Shown: positions 62,247 to 64,000 of the stretch, piece after piece | Layout: every line of letters begins with the position of its first letter | How positions within the stretch are numbered: position 1 is the first letter of the stretch | The notes under the pieces: model-generated | Databases searched by the model: none | Told to the model about the DNA's origin: nothing | What the model saw: the letters and a program-made list of their open reading frames with translations, nothing else | Made by a program: the position numbers and the translations under genes | Assembly: GCA_963843575.1 (NCBI GenBank) | Contig: CAWJKZ010000027.1 | Coordinates: 64,588 to 128,587 of the forward strand | DNA: 64,000 nucleotides | DNA from: an uncultured Acidobacteriota bacterium | Lineage (GTDB): Bacteria; Acidobacteriota; UBA6911 | Direction: 5' to 3'

Positions 62247-63509
62247 ATGAAACTGTTCGTGTTGATGTTGCTGTCAACGACTGCTTTGGTGCCGGCGCGG
62301 CCCGCCGCCGCCGACAACGACGGTCAGAAGAAAAATAACAAAAGGGCCGAGGTCATGTACGTTTGGGCGGGCGACCAGGCCCGGATCGCGCCGGACTTTC
62401 TGGCCGTGATCGATTTCGACGAGAAGTCGGAGTATTACGGCAAAGTCATCAAGACAGTTCCCATCCCTACGCTGGGGAATTCCGGGAACGAGCCGCACCA
62501 CTGCAATCTCTCGGCCGACAAAAAGACCCTCGCCTGTGGTGGCCTGCTGAGCCTGCTGAAAGGGCAGCATGGCATCTTCTTTTTTGATGTCTCAGAACCC
62601 CAAAATCCCCAATTCCTGTTTTCCACCAGCACGCAGCAGTCGAGCATCACCGATGATTTTCTGCCGCTTCCCAACGGTGGATTTCTGGTCACGATGATGG
62701 GGTCGGCCGCCGGCGGGGAACCGGGCCGGGTCGCCGAGTTCGACCGGTACAATCACTTTGTCAGGGAGTGGCCCAACGATCCGCCGGCCGAGGGATTCAA
62801 TCCGCACGGCATTTCGGCGCGCTTCGACCGCAACCTGATGGTCACGAGCGACTTCATCAGTCCGGTGAGCACGCTGAATGTGTATCAGGGCGATCCGGTA
62901 CTACGGGGCGCAATCCGGGTTTGGGACCTGCAGCAGCGGAAGATCCTGCGGACCATCGAAATCCCCACGGCTGTCGGCACCATGGATGTCAAGCTGATAC
63001 CGGGGGATCCTCAGGGCCGCGGCTTCACTGCCGGCATGTTCGACGGTCTCGTATATCTCTTGGATACTGCCGCCGGCACCGCAAAGGTGGTGTTTGACTG
63101 TGAAGACATAGTCCCGCACGTCGAAGTGCCCGTGCGTGGGGGGATGACGCAACTGCTGGCAATGCCAAAGAGCGGTGACCGGTTGATCTTCAGCTCCTTT
63201 CAAGCCGGCCAGGTGGGAATGCTGGACGTCTCGGACTGCGAGCACCCCACGCAGTCCGGGATCGTCAATCTCGGGCTGGATGCGGGCCCGCATTACCTCA
63301 CCCTCACCGACGACGACAAGCGGCTCATTGTCACAGACTATTTTTTGGACGAAGACGGCTTCGGCAAGATTCACTTCGAAGGGGATCACAAAGTCCACGT
63401 AATCAAGGTATACAAGAACAAGCTGGAGCTTGATCCCGGCTTCAACCTCGACTTCAACACCGCGTTCGAAACCGGCCCAGCCCGCCCCCATGCAGTGCTG
63501 GTGAAGTAG
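62247..63509 (+). CDS. Secreted SBP56/methanethiol-oxidase-like beta-propeller protein
   Basis: Signal peptide, PDFLAVID...YGKVI, NEPHH, FNPHG, GPH, GPARPH. Confidence 0.75.
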   Translation: MKLFVLMLLSTTALVPARPAAADNDGQKKNNKRAEVMYVWAGDQARIAPDFLAVIDFDEKSEYYGKVIKTVPIPTLGNSGNEPHHCNLSADKKTLACGGLLSLLKGQHGIFFFDVSEPQNPQFLFSTSTQQSSITDDFLPLPNGGFLVTMMGSAAGGEPGRVAEFDRYNHFVREWPNDPPAEGFNPHGISARFDRNLMVTSDFISPVSTLNVYQGDPVLRGAIRVWDLQQRKILRTIEIPTAVGTMDVKLIPGDPQGRGFTAGMFDGLVYLLDTAAGTAKVVFDCEDIVPHVEVPVRGGMTQLLAMPKSGDRLIFSSFQAGQVGMLDVSDCEHPTQSGIVNLGLDAGPHYLTLTDDDKRLIVTDYFLDEDGFGKIHFEGDHKVHVIKVYKNKLELDPGFNLDFNTAFETGPARPHAVLVK

Positions 63510-63739
63510 GGGACGGACCTGAGCAAAGAGCTTAGGCTCAGTAATTAGCCTGAATGTGGGCTCTAATAGAGGCCTTATTTGAGATTTTCGGGCCCCCTTT
63601 TAAGAAAGAGGGAATGACGAGCGCCGCGGCAACGTGTTAATTCGAAAAAATGAGGGCAAAAAATCGAAATAAGGCCGTCTTTAGCGGTCGAATTTCACAT
63701 AATTCTATGCAAAAAAAGGGATAACCCTGGTCCGTCCCC
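63509..63739. mobile_element. Complete 231-bp MITE/REPIN-like element (family A)
   Basis: GGGGACGGACC...GGTCCGTCCCC ends; internal GGCCTTATTT...AAATAAGGCC inverted repeat; first G is the G of the upstream TAG stop. Confidence 0.82.
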
Positions 63740-64000
63740 GTCATACTTCGGGCCTGCACTGATCGGGATAGTCTCCAGCAAAAAGGGAAACGAAGCGCGT
63801 TCAGCACTCTGATCGATCACGCATGCTACTCCGCAAAATGCCGAAGCTCAAGCGCGAGAAACGCCGGCTCCTGTGCTTTTTCTGAGAGAATAGGGTACAT
63901 TGCACAAGCGGGCCAGGCCCGGAAGTGCTTCTGGAGGGGGTGCGCTTTGAGGACCCACGGAGTCATATTCGCTCTCGCCTCGGTGTTCTTGTGCTCCACT

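Noticed and set aside
63741-64000. Convergent gene ending at the TCA right after the last family A copy
   Set aside because: That minus-strand frame has internal stops, so no CDS can be supported.

Overview
GC-rich bacterial DNA, probably Acidobacteriota (an ADOP-type duplicated orphan ABC permease and many Tat-exported sugar oxidoreductases, sulfatase and glycoside hydrolases support this). Most of the window is carbohydrate and hydrolase genes plus carB. Several genes are broken by single-base frameshifts that look like long-read assembly errors. Two things stand out. (1) A co-directional redox and signalling module at 17.0-27.0 kb: MetF-MetV fusion, AcsE, a heme-c sensor kinase, a membrane-anchored receiver fused to a GcvH-like domain lacking the lipoyl lysine, a Tat HybA-like ferredoxin, and one ~1097-aa NrfD/HybB + cytochrome c3 + octaheme-tetrathionate-reductase-like polypeptide. 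That fusion has 14 CxxCH motifs and Leu where the OTR heme-ligating Lys is expected. (2) A family of AT-rich elements with GGGGACGGACC terminal inverted repeats, six ends or copies in the window. They sit at gene 3' ends, encode the C-terminal GRT residues and stop codons of three genes, twice bracket cargo DNA, and one end follows the tail of a probable RAYT-type Y1 transposase at the window start. There are also two other REP-like palindrome families and many gene relics, including an in-frame NanA-sialidase chimera. No rRNA, tRNA or CRISPR array was seen. All family assignments come from motif recognition, not database searches.
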